Assembly (NCBI GenBank): GCA_038821645.1
Contig: JAWBDT010000012.1
Coordinates: forward strand, 1 to 56,138
DNA: 56,138 nucleotides
Direction of reading: 5' to 3'
DNA from: Ignisphaera sp.
Lineage (GTDB): Archaea; Thermoproteota; Thermoprotei_A; Sulfolobales; Ignisphaeraceae
The position numbers were made by a program, and so were the translations under genes. The notes below the pieces were generated by a model. The model had not been told where the DNA came from and ran no database searches. It saw only the letters and a program-made list of their open reading frames with translations. Shown here piece by piece: positions 41,247 through 50,529 of the stretch (positions within the stretch are counted from its first letter, which is position 1; every line of letters begins with the position of its first letter).

Positions 41247-41752
41247 AGTATGTAAATATTATTATAAAAGTGTTACATAGACTGATCCTACTTCAATTAT
41301 TTTTATTATCCTTATTCTATGTAATGCGTATCACAAATGTTGGTATTTTGTAGAGATCGAGATGCATAAAATGTTTAGATATATGAAATATAGTTTTGAG
41401 TTAAATACACATGTGTTTGAATTACTAAACATCTACCTCAAGTTCACAGAATACTGTTCCCCCAACAGCCATGAACTTAAGAAATCCATTAATTAAGACT
41501 ATAGATGTATGTTGTTTTTAATGAAATGAATGAAACTAATGATGTCAGCTCTAATGGAGCAAGGCCTTAAATTCAATAAACATAGAAGTAGAATATATGA
41601 TACCAAAACATTATCTACAATAAATCTGAACCCTCTTTTTATTGCTGAATTCTATGATATAGGAAGAATCTACTGTACCAGAACTCATAGTAAAGATATA
41701 ATATTGAGTTTATTACCTTAATCGTTAATATAGTTTCGATAGATACCTAAAT

Positions 41753-42445
41753 ATGGTGATAGATATTATAAAAGTAATACCTGTTCTAGATATAATGAAT
41801 GGTTATGTTGTTCAAGCAATAGCAGGTGAGAGAGATAAATATGGACCACTAATCTACAGTATTGTATCTCGTTCTCCTGATCCTAGAGATGTTTTGAGAG
41901 GATTCAAGAATCTGGGATGTGATACAGTATATATAGCCGATATAGATGCTATAGTAGGCAAGGGTAAGAATGATTATGTTATAGAGATAGCTTTATCGCT
42001 AGGGCTTAAAGTATGGACCGATATTGGAAGAGAAGGTCTTACGAAAACTGATAGTGACGATATAAGGTATATAATTGGTACTGAGTATTTGGTGTATCCT
42101 GATGATCTCTATCTCCTAAAGAATAAATTTGTTAGTCTTGATATCAAACAAAACTATGTATTGTTTCAAAACACTAAACTAGATGTAGTTCATGCTGCTA
42201 AATTAGTTTGTGATAAAGGTGCTAAAATGATCCTGATTCTATTTCTTGATCGTGTGGGTACATCAAAAGGTATCAATTTAGAGGTGGTCAACATGGTTAA
42301 GAAAACTTGCAACAATATAGATGTAGCAGTAGGTGGAGGTTTAAGAAATGCAGAAGAGCTGTTGCTTTTAAAGAAATTTGGTGTGAATTATGCTCTAGTG
42401 GCTACAGCAATACATAAGGGTGTCATTGATCGATGTGAATACTAA
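41753..42445 (+). CDS. HisA/HisF-related TIM-barrel protein of H4MPT/methanofuran clusters (Orf17-like)
   Basis: IPVLDIMNGYVVQAIAGERDKY, YIADIDAI, LDRVGT, GGGLR, VATAIHKG. Confidence 0.85.
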   Translation: MVIDIIKVIPVLDIMNGYVVQAIAGERDKYGPLIYSIVSRSPDPRDVLRGFKNLGCDTVYIADIDAIVGKGKNDYVIEIALSLGLKVWTDIGREGLTKTDSDDIRYIIGTEYLVYPDDLYLLKNKFVSLDIKQNYVLFQNTKLDVVHAAKLVCDKGAKMILILFLDRVGTSKGINLEVVNMVKKTCNNIDVAVGGGLRNAEELLLLKKFGVNYALVATAIHKGVIDRCEY

Positions 42446-42470
42446 TTCAGATAATTCTCTTTACTAAAAT

Positions 42471-43577
42471 ATGGGGTATAACACAATGGATGTAATAGGT
42501 CTTGATATTGGTGGCGCAAATATCAAGGCTGTTAAGGTTAGCTATCATTTAGGAGATACACATGTTGTACATATTGTTAGAGAGTGCTTTCCGATATGGA
42601 TTAAGGGTATTGATGGGCTTAGGAAGAAACTCAGAGAGATTAAGGATAGAATTTGTAGTAATTGCTTGAACTATTTTGTTGGTACATGTATGACTGCTGA
42701 GCTAAGCGATATATTTCCAACCAAAGATATTGGTGTTAAAAGTGTTGTTAATGTAGTTGAGGATGTTTTTAGTGATGCTATTAGAAGATTCTATGTAACT
42801 TATGATATGAATCTAGTAGATCTCAGTAAACTGTATAGTAATCCTTTATCTGTAGCTGCTGCTAACTGGGCTGCTAGCGCATGGCTATTAGAGAAGTTAA
42901 TCGCTGTACAAGGCTATACAAACGCTTTCTTTATTGATATAGGTAGTACAACTACTACCATAATTCCTCTGGTTAATGGAAAGACCTTGGTTAGAGGTAA
43001 GACAGATCCTGAAAAACTTCTCTATGGTGAGCTTGTGTACATAGGTACACTTAGAACAGATGTATCATCAATAGTAGATAAGGTACCTTTCAAAGGCTTT
43101 TACATAAGTATATGTAGAGAAAAATTTGCTTTAGCTGGAGATGTTCAGCTTATTTTAGGATATATAGAGAGTTCAGACTATACTACAGAGACAGCTGATG
43201 GACGTGGAAAAACTCTAGATGAAGCCTTGGCTAGAATCTCACGCATTGTGTGTAGTGATATAGATGTGCTTAATCAGTATGAAATTAAGGAGATAGCTAG
43301 ATATGTATATGAAGTACAAGTAAATAAAGTATTTAATGCAATCATTCAGATAAGGTCTTGGCTGGCCTCTATAGGTATAGATCTGGAGAACTTTGTAGCT
43401 ATTGTTGCTGGAATAGGTAAGCATATCGCTACCGAAGCTTCAAGAAGAGCAGGTTTCAAGAAAATAATAGATATCGACAATATTCTTGGAAAACCTTTAG
43501 CCTCAGTTATACCAGCCTATGGCGCAGCCTTAATGGTGATAGAGGCTGTAAAGAAAAATGGATTTAGTGGTGCTTAA
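42471..43577 (+). CDS. mfnF: methanofuran biosynthesis protein MfnF (hydantoinase A-like, Orf9)
   Basis: GLDIGGANIK, MTAELSD, AAANW, DIGSTTT, GELVYIGTLRT, TADGRGK. Confidence 0.88.
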   Translation: MGYNTMDVIGLDIGGANIKAVKVSYHLGDTHVVHIVRECFPIWIKGIDGLRKKLREIKDRICSNCLNYFVGTCMTAELSDIFPTKDIGVKSVVNVVEDVFSDAIRRFYVTYDMNLVDLSKLYSNPLSVAAANWAASAWLLEKLIAVQGYTNAFFIDIGSTTTTIIPLVNGKTLVRGKTDPEKLLYGELVYIGTLRTDVSSIVDKVPFKGFYISICREKFALAGDVQLILGYIESSDYTTETADGRGKTLDEALARISRIVCSDIDVLNQYEIKEIARYVYEVQVNKVFNAIIQIRSWLASIGIDLENFVAIVAGIGKHIATEASRRAGFKKIIDIDNILGKPLASVIPAYGAALMVIEAVKKNGFSGA

Positions 43578-44205
43578 GGTAAGCGGGCATCTTATCAACC
43601 TTCCCAATAAAGTTAAAGATTTAATGAATGTTGTAGCAAAACTGAATAGTGAAAGAACTCGTATAGCTATTGTTCCTGGGGGAAGTATATTCTCTGACTT
43701 AGTTAAGGAGATTCAAGATAATACAGAAATAGATGATGATACAGCTCATTGGATGGCCATAAAGTCTATGGAGATATACGGACTATACCTAAAACACTTT
43801 AATACAAATTGTGTAGAAGCTTATACCATAGACGATGTTTATAAAGCTTTAAGCTTAAGACTTATACCAATAGTTATGCCATACCAAATACTTAAAACAA
43901 ATGATGAACTTCCTCACACATGGGTCATTACGAGCGATTCCATATCTATATTTATAGCTAAACTCTTAAGAGCAAATATGGTGCTCTTGGGAAAGATGGT
44001 TAATGGTATAACTAATGAAAAAGGAGAGATAATGAAGATAATTAAGTCAGATGATATAAAACGACAAAATGTTTTCGATAGCTACACAATAAATTTGGTT
44101 AAAATGTATAAAATACCTTTAATCATATTCAATGTATTAAGACCAGAACTACTTTATAAAATTGTGAGTATGGAGGAAGATACATACACGATAGTGATGC
44201 CTTAA
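43558..44205 (+). CDS. mfnE: aminomethylfuran-methyl phosphate kinase (amino-acid kinase fold, Orf21)
   Basis: VPGGSIFSDLV, AHWMAI, LPHTWVITSDSI. Confidence 0.85.
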   Translation: MDLVVLKVSGHLINLPNKVKDLMNVVAKLNSERTRIAIVPGGSIFSDLVKEIQDNTEIDDDTAHWMAIKSMEIYGLYLKHFNTNCVEAYTIDDVYKALSLRLIPIVMPYQILKTNDELPHTWVITSDSISIFIAKLLRANMVLLGKMVNGITNEKGEIMKIIKSDDIKRQNVFDSYTINLVKMYKIPLIIFNVLRPELLYKIVSMEEDTYTIVMP

Positions 44206-44222
44206 CTATGAAATACTCTACG

Positions 44223-44969
44223 TTACGTACTGGATGTAGAGATACTCTTCTCCTTACTTATTTCTAAACTTTTAAGGAGTTCCTTAAATAGTTTAATCCG
44301 TTCTCTAGATATTCTATCAGTTCTCTTTCCCACACATACTGCTCCTCTTACACCAACAACATCAAATCCTAGTTTAGCACAGAGCGGAAGATGCTCCATA
44401 TTTATTCCACCAGCTATGGCGGCTAAAAGACCTTGATTATGAGCAAATGTAACGAAGTTCCTAAGGTAATCAATAGTAAGTAAATTGAATGTATTAATAC
44501 AATTCTTTCTAAACGTATCTATCATAACACCCTGAACCTTTGTTGCAATAGCTATATCTATCAATACAGTAGGTTCGATAAAACCTTCATAACGAAAGTC
44601 TGCATAACCTACAACTACAAGTTTTGGTCTAGATAATGAATCAATAGCCTCTGAGACACTCATTATAATGCGTTTAATTTCATCTACATCCTTTAGCGCT
44701 ATGCCCAGCTTTAGATAATCTACATTCAACATCGAGGCAGAAAACGCTACATAACTAAGCTTCTTGCAGTATCCACTTATATCGCCTAAAGCCATACTCA
44801 CCTCTTTACTAGAATAACTTTTCACGACATTCACAACATCTTTAAGTACAGCAAATTCGGGAAGCCCAAGACTACCAGTAGAAGGATCTTTAACATCTAT
44901 AATATCTGCTCCACCTAAAATGGCATCTTCAACTTCGTTAGCATCTTTTATTGATACCAGTAATTTCAT
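44223..44969 (-). CDS. mfnB: 4-(hydroxymethyl)-2-furancarboxaldehyde-phosphate synthase (Orf22)
   Basis: MKLLVS, GGADIIDVKDPSTGSLG, GYAD, MIDT, DVVGVRGAVC. Confidence 0.92.
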   Translation of the reverse strand: MKLLVSIKDANEVEDAILGGADIIDVKDPSTGSLGLPEFAVLKDVVNVVKSYSSKEVSMALGDISGYCKKLSYVAFSASMLNVDYLKLGIALKDVDEIKRIIMSVSEAIDSLSRPKLVVVGYADFRYEGFIEPTVLIDIAIATKVQGVMIDTFRKNCINTFNLLTIDYLRNFVTFAHNQGLLAAIAGGINMEHLPLCAKLGFDVVGVRGAVCVGKRTDRISRERIKLFKELLKSLEISKEKSISTSST

Positions 44970-44984
44970 TGTTTTTCACTCAAG

Positions 44985-46130
44985 TTATTTATGTTTAAAC
45001 CATTTAACTGGTTTTATATAGTCTTTTCCACCAGCTTCGTAAGTTCCTACAGTAATCTGATAATGCTTTTCACTAGTCTTTAGATCTATAACCTCTTCAA
45101 GTTTACCTCTAACAATCACATCTTCACCTGGTGCTGCTAAATCTATGTACAAACCTTCATAACTTACGACCTTAGATACCTTAATAGCTTCTTCATTACC
45201 TTCAATTACCTCAACATCATCTACATTGTATATTGCTGGCATGAATATTGAATCACTAGAGTCTACAACCTTTGCTTTTATTGTAGCAATACCCATAGGT
45301 CTATACCTCTTCTGTTCCCATTCTTCATTTACTTCATTCTCAAGTTTAACAGGATGAATAGAAAACTGTCGTCCCATGTATAGAGCTCTATTCCATTTAA
45401 ACTTACCATACAGAAGTAATGCTTCATCAAGATTTAGTGGATGTATTTTGATGATATCTCTTGCCCACTCCATCAAGATATCGCCTTGTGGTAAAGAAAA
45501 GTTAGAAGACACCGCATTTGCATAAAGTCTAAGTAAAGCCTCCTTAACCCTATATGAGTTCTCTTTACCATAAACAACAATATCTATATCGGATATCGAT
45601 GGATTATGAATATTCAGCAGAATAGAGCCTGTTATACCAAAGTATTTTAAAGATACTCCAGATTCCTCAGATAGCTTCGTAACGAGCTCTTTCGCCATTT
45701 GCTCCAAAGAATCCTTAGGCTCATTAAGAATCTCATTTAGTCTCTCTTCAGGTCTATAGTGTTTTTTTATCCATCTTTTTTCAACTTCTATAAGTTCTAT
45801 GTTTCTATATTCATCATAAACAACATAATGTGGATAATTTCGCTTCAGATACTCAATAACACTCTGTACACCAATAGCACTATAGAAAGGTAGTACACGA
45901 CCATACATAACACCATCTCTAGACCATTTAACTCTTATACTAGATTCTGCATAAGGTACATACTTAAGGTAGGCTACAACACTATTCTTAGGATGAACAT
46001 TACCTATAACACAGAATATCATTCCTTCAATAGTTTCTATGAAGTCTCTATCTCTAAATCCTCTTTCCAAGAGTCTCACATACATCTCATTATCGTATTT
46101 CACGATTAAAACTTTATCTGTATTAATCAA
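44985..46130 (-). CDS. predicted nucleotidyltransferase (Pol-beta/MNT fold), function unknown
   Basis: GITGSILL...SDIDIVVYG signature; DRDFIET, VIGNVHP, YLKY N-terminal motifs. Confidence 0.75.
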   Translation of the reverse strand: MINTDKVLIVKYDNEMYVRLLERGFRDRDFIETIEGMIFCVIGNVHPKNSVVAYLKYVPYAESSIRVKWSRDGVMYGRVLPFYSAIGVQSVIEYLKRNYPHYVVYDEYRNIELIEVEKRWIKKHYRPEERLNEILNEPKDSLEQMAKELVTKLSEESGVSLKYFGITGSILLNIHNPSISDIDIVVYGKENSYRVKEALLRLYANAVSSNFSLPQGDILMEWARDIIKIHPLNLDEALLLYGKFKWNRALYMGRQFSIHPVKLENEVNEEWEQKRYRPMGIATIKAKVVDSSDSIFMPAIYNVDDVEVIEGNEEAIKVSKVVSYEGLYIDLAAPGEDVIVRGKLEEVIDLKTSEKHYQITVGTYEAGGKDYIKPVKWFKHK

Positions 46131-46222
46131 GGATCAGGTCTTTGAATAGAACATTACGGTACTTCATAAACTAGTTTATAAAATTGTGAGCTGAATTATT
46201 TCCAGAGTCTGGGACAATATGT

Positions 46223-47125
46223 ATGAATATAGGTATAATCACTAGAAACCCCTCAAGTTGGAGTTCATCACAATTGATAAAAGCATTTCATACACTTGGA
46301 CATAGTGTTACAACGTTTAGATTTAACGATATTATTGCATTTATAGATTCAGATAAATTGAAGCTTATAGTTAATGATGAAGATATACTAAAGACTTTTT
46401 CAGCTATAGTTGTTAGACCCTTTGGTCGTGTGAGTCTTGATCAAGCTATATTTAGAATAGATCTTCTGTACTCTATACAAGATAATGGAATACCGGTATT
46501 TAATAAGCCTTCAGCTATAGAGAAATGTGTTGATAAGTTCAGATCTCTGTATATATTAAAAATGAACGGCTTGCCAGTACCTCGGACTATAGTTACAGAG
46601 AGATCCTCTCTTGCCTTAAGATCTCTATACATGTTGAGTAGTAGTGATGTTGTTGTAAAACCTATGTTTGGTTCTAGAGGTCATGGAAGTACTAAGATCT
46701 GTATTAGAGATTGTGATATTCTGTGGGAAGTAGTACGATCGATGACCTTTGTAAGGCGTACAGCATATATTCAAGAGTTTATACCTCATAAAGGAGTTGA
46801 TATAAGAGCTTTTGTATTAGGCGATAGAGTTTTAGCTGCTATGTATAGATATGCCTATCCTGGGCAATGGAAAACAAATATTGCTAGAGGAGGAAAGCCA
46901 TTGAGAATAGATAGACTTGATCCATACATAGAGGATGTGGTTTTAAAAGCTGCAAAGATTCTAGAGTGTGATATAGCTGGAGTAGATGTAGTTTCATTAC
47001 GAGATTCTATATATATACTAGAGGTCAATAGCCAACCAGGTTGGAAAGGACTACAAGAAGTTCATTCAGAGCTTAACATAGCTGAAGAAATTGCGAAGTA
47101 CATAATCAACAAAGTAAGAAAATAA
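46223..47125 (+). CDS. RimK/MptN/Orf5-like ATP-grasp alpha-L-glutamate ligase
   Basis: DKF, LPVPRT, VVKPMFGSRGHG, YIQEFI, DIRAFV, WKTNIARGG, AGVD, LEVNSQPGW. Confidence 0.88.
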   Translation: MNIGIITRNPSSWSSSQLIKAFHTLGHSVTTFRFNDIIAFIDSDKLKLIVNDEDILKTFSAIVVRPFGRVSLDQAIFRIDLLYSIQDNGIPVFNKPSAIEKCVDKFRSLYILKMNGLPVPRTIVTERSSLALRSLYMLSSSDVVVKPMFGSRGHGSTKICIRDCDILWEVVRSMTFVRRTAYIQEFIPHKGVDIRAFVLGDRVLAAMYRYAYPGQWKTNIARGGKPLRIDRLDPYIEDVVLKAAKILECDIAGVDVVSLRDSIYILEVNSQPGWKGLQEVHSELNIAEEIAKYIINKVRK

Positions 47126-47223
47126 TGTAGTTTACTCTATATATTTAATAACGAAATAAATCAAGGTTTCGCTATGAAACTTATTGATTTGCAGGGAATT
47201 TTAATGACGACAGAATTTGATAG

Positions 47224-48120
47224 ATGGTTTCCACAGTGACTAAGTATAGAATTATTCTAAGAATACTTAGAAGACCATTTAAGTATTGGTATCCTGGAGC
47301 TAATTTTATTAACGAAATAATTGATAGATACAGAAATCATATAGAAAATGGAGATATCCTTGTCATATCTGAAAAAGCGTTGTCTATTGCTCTAGGCAAT
47401 ATATATGATGAAGAGATAATACATGTAGACATAATTACCAAACTATTCACGTTTATGACTGTAAAAATCCTCTGGACAAAGTTATTAAGATCTCTTCTTA
47501 AATCTCAAGATATATTATCGATTCTCAATAACACATCAATAAAAGTGCTTGGAGCTCATAAAAAGTTGGCGCTACGTTACGGAGGTCTTAAGCATTTCTT
47601 GAAACCAGTATCTGAAGCTGGTATAGATACTACTAATTTGCCTTACAGTTATGTGTCGTTGCCATTACTGAATATAGATCATGTTCTTAATAAGATACAG
47701 ATTGAAATATATAGAAATCTAAAGAAATATGTGAATATCCTCGTTATAGATACAGATAAAACATATCGAATGAAATATTTAAAGAATGTTGTCTTTGCAA
47801 CTAGATTCTCTACCATAAAAGGTGTCATAGATTTAGGCTTCGTTAGCTACATTCTTGGTAAGAAATTTAGAAATCTGTTTGTTGCTTACCCTACACCTAT
47901 AGCATATAAAGGAATTAGACTTGGTCTACATTTAATTCTCTATATAGCTAAATTTGTCGAAAAATTTATGGGCCATGGACTTGGTAGAACTGCTGTAGAG
48001 ATGCTCATGAATCTCAATAAGAGAGACTTTAAAGATATTAAATGGATCGATATGAATAAGGTTAAGCATTATCCAGTAATTCTGGTAAAGTTGAAGATTA
48101 TTCATAAATCTTTTAATTAA
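47224..48120 (+). CDS. CofE (F420-0:gamma-glutamyl ligase)-related protein
   Basis: GDILVISEKALS, EAGIDTTN, VIDTDKT, MGHGLG. Confidence 0.7.
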   Translation: MVSTVTKYRIILRILRRPFKYWYPGANFINEIIDRYRNHIENGDILVISEKALSIALGNIYDEEIIHVDIITKLFTFMTVKILWTKLLRSLLKSQDILSILNNTSIKVLGAHKKLALRYGGLKHFLKPVSEAGIDTTNLPYSYVSLPLLNIDHVLNKIQIEIYRNLKKYVNILVIDTDKTYRMKYLKNVVFATRFSTIKGVIDLGFVSYILGKKFRNLFVAYPTPIAYKGIRLGLHLILYIAKFVEKFMGHGLGRTAVEMLMNLNKRDFKDIKWIDMNKVKHYPVILVKLKIIHKSFN

Positions 48121-49303
48121 TTTCGTTACTCACTATCGTTATGTTGTATGCTAGGTTTCTCACCCAATCTCCATACTGTTTAAGTAAAATATTTAATACA
48201 TCTTTAAATTCCGCTACCCTCCCTATAGTTATTAGTTTATCTAAACATAGATCAAAATTTGGGGAACTTGAATCCAAACAGTTTCTCTCAATATGATCTA
48301 CGTTTTTAATGACGTATGCATAACCTTGAACCAAATTACCAAGATATCGTTCTTTGCCGGGTAACTTGTACCCTATAAGTATCTTCCCTAAATCTGGATA
48401 AAGTTCAGATATCGCTACTCCAGCTGTTGTAAATCTCGGATTAACCTCAATAACATACATGTCCTCATCATTCCATACAACATCAATCCCTATGTACCCT
48501 TTCAATCCACTCAAACATTTCACTATTTTCTCTACAACATTTCTTGCTACCTGAACATAATCTTTATTTCTTAAAGGTAATACATTACCATTATACACAA
48601 TTCTATTATTTAATACAGAAATAAGTTGAAGATTGAGGCTATAAAGATAGATTTCACTATTATACACAACCATCGAGATACTTCCGTGAATACCTTCAAC
48701 ATACTCTTGAACAACTACATATCCTTTAGGATCACACTTAGTAATCTTACGAATAGACTCAGCAAAACTATCTTTATCTCTAGCAATATATACACATTCT
48801 GCACCAGCTGACATTGAAGGCTTTACAACAACAGGAAAGGAAACTTCGTCAAGACTTATTTTCTCAGAAGAGCTATATGCGGAAAGTGTTAGAGGTGTTT
48901 TCAAACCACATTTACGTAACATTAATGTAGCTTCATATTTATCAGATAAAATTTTCGTTAAGTCATAAGAAGGACCCAAAAACTTATCTCTAAGAATCTC
49001 TACTATAGTTATCATCTCATGTGGAGGCGCTATTGCTATAGCATAATCTACATCTTTTCTGAGTTCTTCTAAAACATTGATGTAGTTACCTTCTATAATA
49101 ACCACGTCATCTACCTTAATATCCCTACCAAGCATATTATGGATTTGACTAGAAAGTGTAATTATTACATCAACACCAGCATGTTTTAATACCTTGATAA
49201 GCGATCTAGTCATGGCATAGGCTTCAGCAAGAAGAGAGATATAGGAATAGTTATTCAGACCGTATGTACTTACAACATATTCCGTAAGAAGTATCTTGAC
49301 CAT
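48113..49303 (-). CDS. mfnD: ATP-grasp ligase, tyramine--L-glutamate ligase-like
   Basis: LLAEAYAM, IAPP, SDKY, VVKP, QEYVEG, SLNLQ, GYIGID, IEVNPRFTT; mfn gene context. Confidence 0.75.
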   Translation of the reverse strand: MVKILLTEYVVSTYGLNNYSYISLLAEAYAMTRSLIKVLKHAGVDVIITLSSQIHNMLGRDIKVDDVVIIEGNYINVLEELRKDVDYAIAIAPPHEMITIVEILRDKFLGPSYDLTKILSDKYEATLMLRKCGLKTPLTLSAYSSSEKISLDEVSFPVVVKPSMSAGAECVYIARDKDSFAESIRKITKCDPKGYVVVQEYVEGIHGSISMVVYNSEIYLYSLNLQLISVLNNRIVYNGNVLPLRNKDYVQVARNVVEKIVKCLSGLKGYIGIDVVWNDEDMYVIEVNPRFTTAGVAISELYPDLGKILIGYKLPGKERYLGNLVQGYAYVIKNVDHIERNCLDSSSPNFDLCLDKLITIGRVAEFKDVLNILLKQYGDWVRNLAYNITIVSNEIN

Positions 49304-49401
49304 AAATACTCACTAAATGATCTCAATAATGCTTAACTCATATATTCTTCTTAAACTTTTTAACTTACTTAGTATCTATAGAGAATGAGCTGGTGCTAGA
49401 T

Positions 49402-49596
49402 ATGTGTGAATCTAAGATTTATATAAAAGAAGGTGAACATTATGAACTCATTATAGAGAATGTCGTATCCCTTACGCCTAAGGAAGGAGGCTTCATAGTC
49501 ATTGACATATCAGGCAAGAGGTATGAACTAGATAATGTTTCTATAGATTACATCGATTTCTTGAACCATAAAGTTATTCTAAAGAAGAATAAATAA
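49402..49596 (+). CDS. cooT: CooT-family nickel-binding protein
   Basis: MCESKIY N-terminus, DFLNHKVIL C-terminus; upstream of cooC and cdh. Confidence 0.82.
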   Translation: MCESKIYIKEGEHYELIIENVVSLTPKEGGFIVIDISGKRYELDNVSIDYIDFLNHKVILKKNK

Positions 49597-49623
49597 TGGT
49601 ACTACTATCCAGGTTTACAGCAG

Positions 49624-50418
49624 ATGAAAATAGCTGTTGTAGGAAAAGGTGGTGTAGGAAAAACAACAATAGCTGCAGGTCTTGCAAGATTTATAGGTAG
49701 AGAAGGTTACAATGTTATAGCTATTGATGCAGATCCAAGTCTAAACCTAGCCGTATCTGTAGGTATTCCACATGATATAGCCGAAAAAGCACCTATACTA
49801 TTTAATGAAGAAGAATTCATACGTTCTCGAACAATTCTATCTAATAATATCTATATAATGAATCCAAAAGTTGATGATGTAGTAGAGAAATTTGGTATCA
49901 AAGGTCCGGATAATGTAACTGTAATAAAATTTGGTGAAGTCAAGAAAGCAGGATCTAGATGCCTCTGCCCTGAATACGCATTCTTAAGAGCTCTTCTATC
50001 CCATCTAATTTTAGGTAGAAAAGACGTAGTTATTCTCGATATGGTTGCAGGATTAGAACCCTTGAGTAGAGGAACTATAAAGAACATAGACTTGATGTTA
50101 TGTGTTGTAGAGCCTTCCATAAAAGCTATTGATGTTGCTCTAAAGATGGAAAAATTTGCTAACGAAGTAGGTGTTAAAAAAATTGAAATTGTTGCGAACA
50201 AAATTAAGAAAGAGGAAGATATTATAAACATTGAGAAGAACTTACAAAAGAAGTTGTTCCACTATATACCATATGACGAATCTGTGATTGAAGCTGACGC
50301 CTGTGGAATCTCCTTAATAGATTTTAAGCCATCATCACCTGCTGTTAGAGCATTAGAACAGTTAAAGAAGAAAATACTAATGTATCTTGGCAAAAATCTA
50401 TATAGAGATGTGACTTAA
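49624..50418 (+). CDS. cooC: CO dehydrogenase/ACS nickel-insertion ATPase (CooC/AcsF)
   Basis: GKGGVGKTT, IDADP, CLCP, DMVAGLE.LSRGT. Confidence 0.9.
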   Translation: MKIAVVGKGGVGKTTIAAGLARFIGREGYNVIAIDADPSLNLAVSVGIPHDIAEKAPILFNEEEFIRSRTILSNNIYIMNPKVDDVVEKFGIKGPDNVTVIKFGEVKKAGSRCLCPEYAFLRALLSHLILGRKDVVILDMVAGLEPLSRGTIKNIDLMLCVVEPSIKAIDVALKMEKFANEVGVKKIEIVANKIKKEEDIINIEKNLQKKLFHYIPYDESVIEADACGISLIDFKPSSPAVRALEQLKKKILMYLGKNLYRDVT

Positions 50419-50529
50419 ATAAAATTACAAACCTAATATCTACTTTGTATGCATTACGTATATTTAACTATATTAACTTGTTAAGACATATACTACATAA
50501 TTAAGGTAAGATTGATTATGTGATAAAGT

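Noticed and set aside
41530-41721. 63-aa plus-strand ORF upstream of the HisA-like gene
   Set aside because: No recognisable motif or RBS
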